A DNA stretch of 40,000 bases from Atlantibacter hermannii (GTDB lineage: Bacteria > Pseudomonadota > Gammaproteobacteria > Enterobacterales > Enterobacteriaceae): positions 3,312,704-3,352,703 of the forward strand of contig LR134136.1 in the NCBI GenBank assembly GCA_900635495.1, in the 5' to 3' direction. The notes under the pieces were generated by a model, which worked only from the letters and a program-made list of their open reading frames with translations, had not been told where the DNA came from and ran no database searches. The position numbers were made by a program, and so were the translations under genes. Positions 27,700 to 37,403 of this stretch are shown piece by piece. How positions within the stretch are numbered: position 1 is the first letter of the stretch; each line of letters begins with the position of its first letter.

Positions 27700-29141
27700 A
27701 CCGCCTCCATCGCCAGTTCGTCGAAAACGTCTTTACCCAGAGAACATTCAGGGCACAGGAAGTTGTCCGGTACGGCGCTCCACGGCGTACCCGGCTGGAC
27801 GTCCTGCATCGGCTCACCGACTTCCGGATCGTAAATCCACTGGCAGACGCTGCACTGCATGCAGGGGCCAAGGTCGGCGGCGACAGGCGCGGCAGCGCTG
27901 TCATCCGGCTTCGGTTGCGCTTTAACCGTGGCTTCCGGCAGCGGTGCGAGCGCCCACTGACGTGCGATATCACGACCGTGCTGGCGACACAGTTCCAGCG
28001 CGTCGATGTCCGGACGCCATTTGGCTTTCAGGCTCAGAGACATTTCAAACCCGGCATCCTGTAAGCGGGTGGAAAGACGGTCTACCGCCCCGCCGCTCCA
28101 GCCGTGAGAGCCGAAGGCGCTGGCGCGTTTGTTACGAAAACGCAGCCCGGTCATCTCCTCCACCAGCCCGGCGATTTTCGGCATCATGACGTTGTTCATG
28201 GTGGATGTCCCTACCAGCACGCCTTTTGAGCGGAAGACGTTGGTCAGGATTTCGTTTTTATCGCTACGCGCTACGTTGAAGATTTTTACCGCTACGTGCG
28301 GGTCGACTTCATTGATGCCCTGCGCGATAGCGTCCGCCATCATGCGCGTGTTGTTGGACATGGTGTCGTAGAAAATAGTGATGCGGTCTTCCTGATAGTC
28401 CGCCGCCCATTTCAGGTACAGCTCGACGATCTGGGTCGGGTTTTCACGCCATACCACACCGTGGGAGGTGGCAATCATATCTACCGGCAGGTTAAAGCCG
28501 AGAATTTCAGTGATTTTTGGCGTCACCAGGCGGCTGAACGGGGTCAGGATATTGGCGTAGTAACGCTGGCACTGCTCAAAAAGCTCCGTCTGATCCACTT
28601 CGTCGTTAAACAGGCGTTCGTCGCAGTAGTGTTGACCAAAGGCGTCGTTACTGAACAGCACCGCGTCGCCGGTCATATAGGTCATCATACTGTCCGGCCA
28701 GTGCAGCATCGGGGTTTCCACGAAGATCAGTTGTTTGCCGTTGCCGATATCCAGGGTATCGCCGGTTTTGACGACGTGGAAATTCCACTCCGGATGGTGA
28801 TGATGACCATTAATGGAATCAATCGCGTTAGCTGTGCAGTAAATGGGGGTGTCCGGGATTTGCATCATCAGTTCGGTCAGCGCGCCCGCATGGTCTTCTT
28901 CGGCGTGGTTAATGATGATGTAGTCAATATCGGCCAGATCGATTTCGCCGCGCAGGTTCTGGACGAACTCGCGGCTGAATTTATGATCAACCGTGTCAAT
29001 CAGTACATTTTTTTCTTCACGGATGAGATAGCTGTTATAGCTGCTGCCGCGCAGCGTTTTATATTCGGTGCCGTGAAAATCGCGAACTTCCCAGTCACGC
29101 TGTCCAACCCAGGAAATGTTGTTCTTAACCAGAATAGCCAT
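27696..29141 (-). CDS. norV: Anaerobic nitric oxide reductase flavorubredoxin
   Basis: The 481-aa ORF is very similar over its full length to E. coli NorV. It includes the metallo-beta-lactamase-like and flavodoxin-like parts and the C-terminal rubredoxin [10 protein letters not shown]…[10 protein letters not shown]. Confidence 0.95.
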   Translation of the reverse strand: MAILVKNNISWVGQRDWEVRDFHGTEYKTLRGSSYNSYLIREEKNVLIDTVDHKFSREFVQNLRGEIDLADIDYIIINHAEEDHAGALTELMMQIPDTPIYCTANAIDSINGHHHHPEWNFHVVKTGDTLDIGNGKQLIFVETPMLHWPDSMMTYMTGDAVLFSNDAFGQHYCDERLFNDEVDQTELFEQCQRYYANILTPFSRLVTPKITEILGFNLPVDMIATSHGVVWRENPTQIVELYLKWAADYQEDRITIFYDTMSNNTRMMADAIAQGINEVDPHVAVKIFNVARSDKNEILTNVFRSKGVLVGTSTMNNVMMPKIAGLVEEMTGLRFRNKRASAFGSHGWSGGAVDRLSTRLQDAGFEMSLSLKAKWRPDIDALELCRQHGRDIARQWALAPLPEATVKAQPKPDDSAAAPVAADLGPCMQCSVCQWIYDPEVGEPMQDVQPGTPWSAVPDNFLCPECSLGKDVFDELAMEAV

Positions 29142-29192
29142 ATCAACCTCTTGTGTTCATGAAATTAAATTCGATTGCGATACAGCTCATAT

Positions 29193-29208
29193 ATCAAGTT
29201 GCGTGCCA
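29193..29208 (-). promoter_or_regulatory. Candidate sigma54 promoter of norVW
   Basis: The minus strand reads TGGCACGCAACTTGAT. The -24 element is perfect, but the -12 element reads TTGA instead of TTGC. It lies ~50 nt upstream of the norV ATG, with an AAGAGG RBS. Confidence 0.6.
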
Positions 29209-29263
29209 ACTTTTTAACTATATGATAATTAACAATTTAATTTAAAACATGAACAGAAAGACG

Positions 29264-29319
29264 GTTAAATTGACCATAGCAAAAACAGTCATTATGACTA
29301 TAAAGAGTGTCAAAATGAC
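29264..29319 (-). promoter_or_regulatory. Three NorR enhancer boxes (GT-N7-AC) upstream of norV
   Basis: The boxes are GTTAAATTGAC (29264-29274), GTCATTATGAC (29288-29298) and GTCAAAATGAC (29309-29319). AT-rich DNA at 29210-29260 lies between them and the promoter, matching the known three-site NorR enhancer architecture of E. coli norVW. Confidence 0.7.
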
Positions 29320-29336
29320 TGTTTTAATCACCAGGG

Positions 29337-30195
29337 TTATACGCGATTGATCATTCGCCAGCGGAACCAGATTTGCGCCAGCAGGATCAAAATGCCGCCG
29401 ATGATTTTTTGTGTGGGTAAGCGCTCGCCATACCAGATCCCGGCGGCGATCACCGTGAACAGCGGCTCCAGCACCATGATCAGGGCGGCGCTGGCCACGG
29501 CGGCATATTTCTGCCCCTGCAGCTGCAAGGCGAAGCGCAGGCTGGTCGCGATGAAGATGCTGGCCAGCACCCATAGCGCGATAGAGAGATCAAACGGCTG
29601 GGTGAAATGCTCAAAACTGGCAGTGAGGGCCAGTCCAACGAGGCCAGTCATCATCAACTGGGCGGTCGTGAGCGGGATCAGCGGCACTTCACGGGCGCAG
29701 CGGCTGGTATAGCAAAAGGAGATCGACTGAACCAGCGCGGTCAATAAAAACCACCCCTGGCTGGCATGGAACGACACCGGGCTGTGCAGGCTTAACAACG
29801 CCAGGCCAATCGCTGCCACCGGCAGGCATTCCCAGTAAGCGCGTGCCGGGCGCACCCGCATCATGACCCAGGCCGTCAACGGCACAAACAGCATGGCGAG
29901 GCTCATAATAAACGCGCCCTCGCCTAACGACGGCGTACTGGAGACCGAGTAGATCCACAAACACATGGTCAACGCCATCCAGAACCCGCTCAGGATCACC
30001 TGTCGCCACTGATGGCGCGGGATTGGCTGGCCGCGACAAAACGGCAACAGCACCAGCGAGGCGAAGAAAAAGCGTACGCCGAGAAACGCGAACACCGGCA
30101 TCCCGGCAATGGCTTCTTTAGAAAAGATCCAGCCGCAGGCGGCAATAAGCGTGGTGGAGGACTAAAAAAAGGTCGGCTTGCCGCTGCCGGTTCAT
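29337..30195 (-). pseudogene. DMT-superfamily (EamA-domain) transporter. There is one frame break as assembled.
   Basis: The ATG-30195 frame (MNRQRQADLFLVL) joins ORF 29337..30101 as …LFLVL|TTLIAACGWIFSKEAIAGMPVFAFLGVRFFFASL…, giving ~285 aa with about 10 TM helices. The break lies within GGAGGAC 30156-30162 (an extra C in a CC doublet on the coding strand). Confidence 0.75.
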
Positions 30196-30347
30196 GGGTC
30201 GTGCTCCCTGGAATTATCATCTGCCAATCAAACAAGCTTTCGACTTTATAACATTCCGCTAACCTGAACCACTTTACGCCGGGAAAAGATTGGTGGGGTA
30301 AGAAATGAAAAAGCGCCCCGACAAGGCGCTTCGTGATAAAGAATGAA

Positions 30348-31815
30348 TCAGTTCCAGAGCGCCAGTATCGGCCAACCCACCAGCATCAGCATGGAAATAT
30401 AAATCACGCCGAAAATGGCACCGAGCCGCCAGTAGTCTTTGGACTTCACGTAGCCGCAGCCGTAAATAATAACGCCCGGGCCTGTGGCGTACGGAGTCAG
30501 GCAGCCCATGATGCCGATAGACAACACCAGCAGGATGCACAAATGTTCCATCGGCACGCCGGGGATCCCCTTACCCACGGCCAGTATCACGGGCAGCATG
30601 GTGGCGGTGTGGGCCGAGAGGCTCGCGAACAGGTAGTGCGCGAAGTAGAACACCAACACAAGGGCGATAACGGTGCCGGTCGGGGAGAAGCCTTCCAGAT
30701 GGGTGCTCATGGTTTTGGCAAACCAGTCAATAAAGCCGGAGCGCGTCAGGCCATTTGCCATCACCACCAGCGTCGCCAGGTTTACCAGGGTATTCCAGGC
30801 GCTGTGATAGCGGGTGACCTCTTTCCACGGCACGACGTGCAGCGCCAGCATAAGCGATACCGCCAGCAATCCGACCGCAGTGGCATCAATGGCTTCACCA
30901 CCGAACACCCAGAGCGCCAGGCTCAGCAGCACCAGCCCAATCAGGGTGATCTCTTTTTGCGTGAGCGCGCCCAACTCTTTCAATGCGCCGCTGGCCCAGC
31001 TGGACACTTCTTCGCTGTGGGTTACTTCCGGTTTATACAGCACATAGGATAGCCATGGCGCGACGATCAGCAGAATAATGCCCACCGGTAAAAAGCTCAG
31101 AAACCAGGTGAGCCAGCTTATCTGGATGCCCGCGATTTTACTGACGAACTCCAGTCCCAGCACGTTTGGCGCGGCCCCCGGTAACAAACATTGACGAACT
31201 AAGACTGGTACTGATCACCATCATCCACATCAAATACCCACCGATGCGGCGTGAAGAGGGATCGTTGGGATGAGAGTTGAACAGCGGCGGCAAGTTTTTA
31301 ATCACCGGAAAGACCGTCCCACCGGTACGGGCGGTATTTGACGGCGTGAACGGGGCCAGCAGAATGTCGATGATCACAATGGCATAGCCAAGCGTTAGCG
31401 TGCGCTTGCCCATAAACTTAACCATAAACAGCGCGATACGACGGCCAAGGCCGGTCACTTCATACCCCAGCGCGAAAATAAATGCGCCGAACACCAGCCA
31501 TACGGTGGTACTGGAGAATCCCGCCAGCCCCCACTTCAGCGCCTGTTTACCGGCATCGAATTTGGGATCGGCCAACTCAGCGGCGTCAAACAGCAGATAA
31601 TCACTTCCGATAACGCAGATCGTCACCGCAATAAAGCTTATCGCCGTCGCCGGAATAGGCTCCAGAATCATGCCGACAATCATGGCGACGAAGACGGCAA
31701 AATAATGCCAGGCCTGGGGCGGCATGCCATCGGGAACCGGAATGCATAACATGACGCCCATAACCAGCAATGGGGCCAGTAATTTCCATATCTTATCTTT
31801 TGAAGCAGTCATCAC
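30348..31815 (-). pseudogene. citT: Citrate:succinate antiporter (DASS family). There is one frame break as assembled.
   Basis: ORFs 31138..31815 and 30348..31187 join at …SSSMFVTG|AAPNVLGLEFVSKIAG… into ~488 aa, nearly identical in pattern to E. coli CitT. The break is in the CCCCC run 31175-31179. Confidence 0.92.
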
Positions 31816-31821
31816 TGTTAC

Positions 31822-32746
31822 TCATGAAAAGCGTTTACGTGGTAAAGGTTGAGAGGTAAGGGTTGAAATCTGGGCTAAAAACCACGTCACGATCAGCAGA
31901 TCGGCGCTGCCGCCTGGGGCTGAGATGGCGGGCTATGCAGGCGTTATCGAAATCAACGAGCCGGTGCAGATCGGCGGCGCGACGAATGCCGCCCTGGCGC
32001 AGAAGCGCGGTTGCCTGGCGTTGCAGCCAGCGCAGGCCGTCGGCACCGCCACGCGAGGCCACATTGGTATCGCCGTTGCGCGCCATCAGCACTAAAAGCG
32101 TGTCGAGCAGCGCAAGCTCTGGATCGACGCCTTGTGAGGTGAGCGTCAGAAAATGCGGCAGGGCGTGTTCACGCACCAGCGGAAAACCCGCTTCAGCCTC
32201 TCCTCGTGCGCCGGTGAGACCAAGCTCCCGGTACAGCCGTTGGCCTGCCGTTTGCCCGGTGTTGTGCTGGATGAGTTCACGCGCGGTCAGCCCTTCGCAA
32301 AACGCTGCCGTAAGGTGACACAACGCCTGCGGCGTGACGGGCAAACGCTGTTGGTATAACCGCCCCGCCGCCGCGCACAGCAGACCCAGCGAAAAGATGC
32401 TGCCTTTATGGGTATTCACCCCGGCAGTGGCGCGAAACATTGCCGCTTCGCAGGCCATTCCCACGGGACGAATCGCGGCCAATACCTCACGCGTCGGCAA
32501 CCCGGCGCTGCAGGCACCCATTTCCACAAAGCGCGGCAACCACAGGCGAATCGCGTCTGCGCTGCGATAAAAGTCCTCAAGCGCCATGTCCGTATGCGCT
32601 CCGCAATTAAAGCGGTCGACAAGCCCGGGCTTGGGTGAAAGATTCACCTCCGCCAGCATGGCGCGCCAGGCGCAGTCGCTGCACCAGCGAACGAAAGAGG
32701 ACGGAATAATCGCCTGTTCAAGCGTGAGTTGCGTGTTCGGCATCAT
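31822..32746 (-). pseudogene. citG: Triphosphoribosyl-dephospho-CoA synthase. There is one frame break near the 3' end as assembled.
   Basis: ORF 31835..32746 is colinear with E. coli CitG up to …ACIARHLSP. Removing one base from the GGGG run 31916-31919 restores the conserved end [16 protein letters not shown]… with a stop at 31822-31824. Confidence 0.88.
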
Positions 32747-33260
32747 TGAGACGCGCCTCCATATGGGCCAGCAATTGCGCCAGGGTGTGGGTTTGCTCGC
32801 GTACGCACAGCGCCGCCGGACGCGAACAGATCAGGCAGGTTCTGGGCGGCAGGGAAAACTGCTGACGGCTAAGAATCTCCCCGTGCGGCGTTAACACGTC
32901 GATATCCCACAGCCTGCCCAGCGGGTGGGTCTGCTCAAGGGAGATGGTGGCTTGCTTCACCGCGGGCGCGGGGGCGTTAATGGCAATCAGCGCTTCCGGG
33001 CCGGTCACGAACGCGAAAGACGCCCGGGCCTTAACCGGCCAGCCGGCGCGGGTCGCCAGGGCGTCCAGCGCCAGAAGACCGTGACTAAATATGCGTCGGG
33101 TGAGATCGCAGTCTTTTACCGGGCCTGGGGCCACCACCGTGAACGAGATCAACGTGACGCCGTGGCGTTGCAGCCACGCCGTTTGCCGCGCCTGGCGCGC
33201 ATCACGGCTCGCCAGCAATTCTGGTAACGTCACGGCACGATCCTCGAAGCGCGGCGTCAT
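32718..33260 (-). CDS. citX: Apo-citrate lyase phosphoribosyl-dephospho-CoA transferase
   Basis: The 180-aa ORF has …[12 protein letters not shown]…[20 protein letters not shown]… and is colinear with E. coli CitX. It lies between citF and citG and overlaps the citG start by 29 nt. Confidence 0.9.
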   Translation of the reverse strand: MTPRFEDRAVTLPELLASRDARQARQTAWLQRHGVTLISFTVVAPGPVKDCDLTRRIFSHGLLALDALATRAGWPVKARASFAFVTGPEALIAINAPAPAVKQATISLEQTHPLGRLWDIDVLTPHGEILSRQQFSLPPRTCLICSRPAALCVREQTHTLAQLLAHMEARLNDAEHATHA

Positions 33261-33263
33261 GGT

Positions 33264-34776
33264 TTATTCCTTCACCTGATGAACCACATCGATGACCGAA
33301 CCGTCGCGATAGCGCACCACGGCGATCACCCGATCGGTAAACGCAATCGGACAGGGATCGCCAGTCAGAAGACGCGCCCGTTCACGCAACCAGTCAATGG
33401 TGACGATGTGCATCCCGGCCTGTGTCAGGCATTCAGCCAGTTCCGGGCGCGCGGGATTGACGGCAACGCCGTGGTCGGTGACCAGAATGTCGACGCTTGA
33501 GCCCGGCGTAACGCAGGTGGTGACGTTATCCACAAGGGTCGGAATGCGTCCACGCACCAGCGGCGCAACGATTATCGACAACGCTGCTGCCACCGCCGTG
33601 TCGCAATGTCCGCCGGAGGCGCCACGTATCACGCCGTCAGATCCGGTCAGGACGTTGACGTTAAATTCAGTATCGATTTCCAGCGCACTCAGCACCACCA
33701 CGTCGAGACGATCGACGCTCGCCCCTTTAGAACCCCAGTTGGCGTACTGATTGGCGCTGATTTCGATGTGATCAGGATTGCGGGCTAACGATTCGGCGGC
33801 GGCACGGTCAAAACTTTGTACGTCGAGCAGCTTCCTGATAAAGCCCTTTTCGTGGAGATCGACCATCGTGGAGGTGATCCCGCCCAGCGCAAAATCGGCA
33901 TACACCTGGCGGGTACGCATTTTGTCTTCCAGGAAGCGCGTCACCGCAAGCGATGCCCCGCCGGTACCGGTTTGCAGCGAAAAGCCGGGTTTAAAGTAGC
34001 CGGAATGGACGATCACCTCCGCCGCATGGCGCGCAATAAGCAGTTCACGGGGATTGGAGGTCATTCGGGTGGCATCGGCACCGATTTTGTCGGCATCGCC
34101 AACCTGGTCGATTTGCACGATCAGATCCACCTGATCCTGTGCAATGCTGGCGGGATGATGCGGATAAGGCAGCAGCGCTTCGGTCAACAGCACCACCTTG
34201 CGGGCATGTTGCGCATCCACTTTGGCATAGCCCAGCGAACCGCAACAGGCGTTGCCGGTATAACCATTGGCGTTACCGAACGGGTCGCAGGACGGGACGC
34301 CGAGAAACGCCACATCAATGTTCAGTTCGCCGCTTTCCACTAACTGAACGCGACCGCCATGGGAATGGATCTGCACCGGTTCGGCTAATAAGCCGCGGGA
34401 AATCTCTTCCGCCAGCGGCCCGCGCAGCCCGGAGGTATAAATGCGGCTCACGACCTTATTGCGAATATGCTCCACCAGCGGCGCGTGGCAGTCGCTGAGT
34501 GAACTGGACGCCAGCGTCAGGTTTTTAAAACCCATTTCGGCTATAGCGTTCATCACCAGATTCAGCGTTAAATCGCCGCCACGAAAAGCATGGTGAAAAG
34601 AGATGGTCATGCCGTCCTGCAACCCTGAACGGCGAATCGCTTCCTGCAAAGTGTCGCAGCGTTTTTTTATCGCGTGGTTTTTGCGCTTGCTCATTCAGTT
34701 TTGAAACAGGCTCAAATGCCGGATGGATGCCCTTCCCTGCGTTAACCCGCGCCTGCCGTTGTGTATGTTGATGCAT
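33264..34776 (-). pseudogene. citF: Citrate lyase alpha subunit (citrate CoA-transferase). There is one frame break as assembled.
   Basis: The ATG-34776 frame (MHQHTQRQARVNAG…KPRDKK) joins ORF 33264..34694 at …RDKK|RCDTLQEAIRRSGLQDGMTISFHHAFRGGD…, giving ~503 aa colinear with E. coli CitF. The break is in the T7 run 34662-34668. Confidence 0.9.
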
Positions 34777-34780
34777 GTTG

Positions 34781-35686
34781 TTATTCCTCACGAATACCGG
34801 AAAGCGCTGCCCGGGACAGCACCAGATGCGCCCGTTCAATGACCGGGCTATCCACCATCTTGCCGTTGAGCGATACCACGCCCCGCCCTTCCCGTGCTGC
34901 CGCGTCGGCGGCGTCAACGACGCGTTGGGCATGCTCCACCTCCAGTTGGGTGGGCGCGTACAGGTTGTGCAACAGGTCAATCTGGCGCGGGTTGATAAGC
35001 GATTTGCCGTCAAAACCCAGTTGTTTGATATGCGCGGCCTCTTTGAGGAAACCGGCTTCGTTATTGGCATCGGAATAGACGGTATCGAACGCCTGGATAC
35101 CTGCGGCGCGGGCCGCCTGAAGAATGGCGCAGCGCGCAAACAGCAGTTCAGTGCCTTCTGGAGAACGTTCGGTGCGTAAATTGCGCACATAGTCTTCTGC
35201 GCCCAGCGCAATACCGATCAGGCGCGGGGAGGCCTGGGCAATAGCAACGGCCTGGGTAATGCCCTGCGGCGATTCGATGGCGGCCAGCAAGCCGGTGCTG
35301 CCAGGCTCGCGCCCACATTGCGCTTCGATGCGCGCAATGTGGTTTTCGATATCAATCACATCCTGGGCGGTATCGGTTTTAGGCAGACGCACAATATCAA
35401 CGCCGCCGCGCACGACGGCTTCCAGATCCGCCACGCCGTAGTCGGACTCCAGCGCGTTGACCCGCACGATCGTTTCCACATCCTGATACAGCGGATGCTG
35501 AAGCGCGTGGAAAACCAGGCGGCGAGCGGCATCTTTTTCACGCAGGATCACGGAGTCCTCAAGGTCGAACATCAACGCGTCGGCCCGATAGATAAAGGCA
35601 TTGCTGACCATGGCGGCATTGGCGCCGGGAACGAACAGCATGCTGCGCCGGGTGCGTGATTTGCGTTGTTGAGCGGTCAGCTTCAT
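34781..35686 (-). CDS. citE: Citrate lyase beta subunit (citryl-CoA lyase)
   Basis: From ATG 35686 (overlapping the citD stop, ATGA) the 301-aa protein [26 protein letters not shown]… is colinear with E. coli CitE and ends …LSGIREE. Confidence 0.93.
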   Translation of the reverse strand: MKLTAQQRKSRTRRSMLFVPGANAAMVSNAFIYRADALMFDLEDSVILREKDAARRLVFHALQHPLYQDVETIVRVNALESDYGVADLEAVVRGGVDIVRLPKTDTAQDVIDIENHIARIEAQCGREPGSTGLLAAIESPQGITQAVAIAQASPRLIGIALGAEDYVRNLRTERSPEGTELLFARCAILQAARAAGIQAFDTVYSDANNEAGFLKEAAHIKQLGFDGKSLINPRQIDLLHNLYAPTQLEVEHAQRVVDAADAAAREGRGVVSLNGKMVDSPVIERAHLVLSRAALSGIREE

Positions 35687-35979
35687 ACATTCGCCTCCCA
35701 GGGTAATGCAGTGATGCCGCAGGCTCGCGCCAGAAGCGTTTCCAGCCGTGCACGCAGGACGCAATCCAGTGCGCCTTTATCATCGATAAACAGCGCAACG
35801 CCACGGACGTCATAACGCGACAGCACATCCAGCACGGTGGCGCGAATAGCGGTGCCAAACTGTTTTTCCACGCTGCTGTTAATTTGCAGCTCGATATCCT
35901 GCGAATCGAGAGACGCGATGCGTACCATCACGTCCCCGGATTCCAGGGTGCCAGCAACGGCGGGACGGGTAATTTTCAT
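35683..35979 (-). CDS. citD: Citrate lyase acyl carrier protein (gamma subunit)
   Basis: The 98-aa ORF begins [21 protein letters not shown] and is the same length as E. coli CitD, with the same position in the operon. Confidence 0.93.
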   Translation of the reverse strand: MKITRPAVAGTLESGDVMVRIASLDSQDIELQINSSVEKQFGTAIRATVLDVLSRYDVRGVALFIDDKGALDCVLRARLETLLARACGITALPWEANV

Positions 35980-37052
35980 GATTCACCTGTTGTTAATGCG
36001 GATTCGTTTTGAAAGGGTGTTGAACGCACAGCGGGACTCGCCAGCATGCGTTGCAAATAGTGGGCGGTGGGGGGCGGAACCAACTGCCGGATGGTCGCGA
36101 AATCACGTTTGACCAGAAGCTTGCGCACCCACGAGGCGGAAATCGCCGCGCCCTGATATTGCAGACGTTCAATTTCAACCAGTTGCACAGGTGGCGCGGG
36201 ATTCGACGGGTCCTGCAGAATGCGCCGCATATCGGCGTTATAGCCGGCGGTGACCTCGCAATAAGGCTCAGTGCCAACGAAGCGATGGGTAATTCCCAGC
36301 GCTGGCGCCAGATGATTGCGGAAAATCTGCAGATCGATTTCGGTATAGCAGTGGTTAATAACGCTTTGTTCTTTAATGAAATAACATGGAAACGTGGCGC
36401 GTGAGATAAGGTATTCCGAGCCGCGATGCACGGTAAGTTTTTCAATGTCTGCTGTACCGGCGCGCACCAGCGCCAGCCGGTCTTCATAGGGGAAACGCGA
36501 GGTGTCTTCTTTCACTAAAAACAGATGCAGCCAGTCGCATTGTGCGGCCGCCTGTTGCACCAGATAACGATGCCCGCGTGTGAAGGGGTTGGCGTTCATC
36601 ACAATGCAGCCGATTTTGTTGCCGTCCCGACGCAGTGTGGTGAGGTAGCTTGCGTACTGCTGAAGGCGGGTGGCATTGTTTTCCATCAGCACCATAACGC
36701 CCGGCACCTGCGCCAGGGTATAAAAGCCACACTGTTTAAACAGCGCTTCATTCTGGCTTTTGGTATAGATAAATAACTGTGTGCAAAACCGTTCATAGGC
36801 CAGATTTATTAATTCTGTCGCAAGGGTTAGCGCTAATCCTTCGCCGCGTACCGATTCATCAATGGCGACACACTTAATAATATTGCCGGCAAGTCCACCG
36901 CAGGCGATAAGCCGGTCGTTACGCATTACCGTAATAAATATTTCAACCGTGGTATCAATACTGAGATCGTTTTCTTTCAGGAACTGAATAATCCCGGCGA
37001 TTTTTTTATTTTCATTGCGCTTTACCCGTGTGAACACGGTATTGCCAAACAT
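35976..37052 (-). CDS. citC: [Citrate (pro-3S)-lyase] ligase
   Basis: The 358-aa ORF is the first gene of the cit lyase operon. It contains the nucleotidyltransferase core (…[20 protein letters not shown]…) as in E. coli CitC. Confidence 0.9.
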   Translation of the reverse strand: MFGNTVFTRVKRNENKKIAGIIQFLKENDLSIDTTVEIFITVMRNDRLIACGGLAGNIIKCVAIDESVRGEGLALTLATELINLAYERFCTQLFIYTKSQNEALFKQCGFYTLAQVPGVMVLMENNATRLQQYASYLTTLRRDGNKIGCIVMNANPFTRGHRYLVQQAAAQCDWLHLFLVKEDTSRFPYEDRLALVRAGTADIEKLTVHRGSEYLISRATFPCYFIKEQSVINHCYTEIDLQIFRNHLAPALGITHRFVGTEPYCEVTAGYNADMRRILQDPSNPAPPVQLVEIERLQYQGAAISASWVRKLLVKRDFATIRQLVPPPTAHYLQRMLASPAVRSTPFQNESALTTGES

Positions 37053-37232
37053 AGGTATATCCCTGCGCTATGTATAGATGAAAAAAAATGTTAATGGACT
37101 GCTACAATCAACAAAAACCCGGTGATGTCGCGGTTTGCATTGACGCATGGGAAGACAGGAAAATGGTAAGCACTATTTTAAATGTGAATATTGATATATT
37201 TCACAAAGCGCCAGGAGATTAAAATAGACTTT

Positions 37233-37299
37233 ATGGTTTTTATTTGGTTAATTAATTTCCACTCGATCGGCTTCGTGGTTTTTATTTGTTTAATTGATT
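37233..37299. repeat. Two 25-bp AT-rich direct repeats in the citC-citA control region
   Basis: The repeats are TGGTTTTTATTTGGTTAATTAATTT (37233-37257) and TGGTTTTTATTTGTTTAATTGATTT (37275-37299). They are 23/25 identical and their starts are 42 bp apart. Confidence 0.85.
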
Positions 37300-37403
37300 T
37301 AATAGCAGCAATCTGCAACGATAATCCGCGTCACATCGCCGTAAAGAAACATATTACTAACATACTGTGGCATTTGTTACATGCAGGTAATTAAGGAAAT
37401 GGC

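Noticed and set aside
37191-37394. A 67-codon ORF in the citC-citA intergenic region with a hydrophobic-looking product (MIYFTKRQEIKIDFMVFIWLINF…).
   Set aside because: It starts at TTG without an RBS and lies in very AT-rich regulatory DNA. Its apparently repeated peptide (VFIWLINF / VFICLIDL) is simply the translation of the two 25-bp DNA direct repeats. As far as I recall, the equivalent region in E. coli is non-coding.
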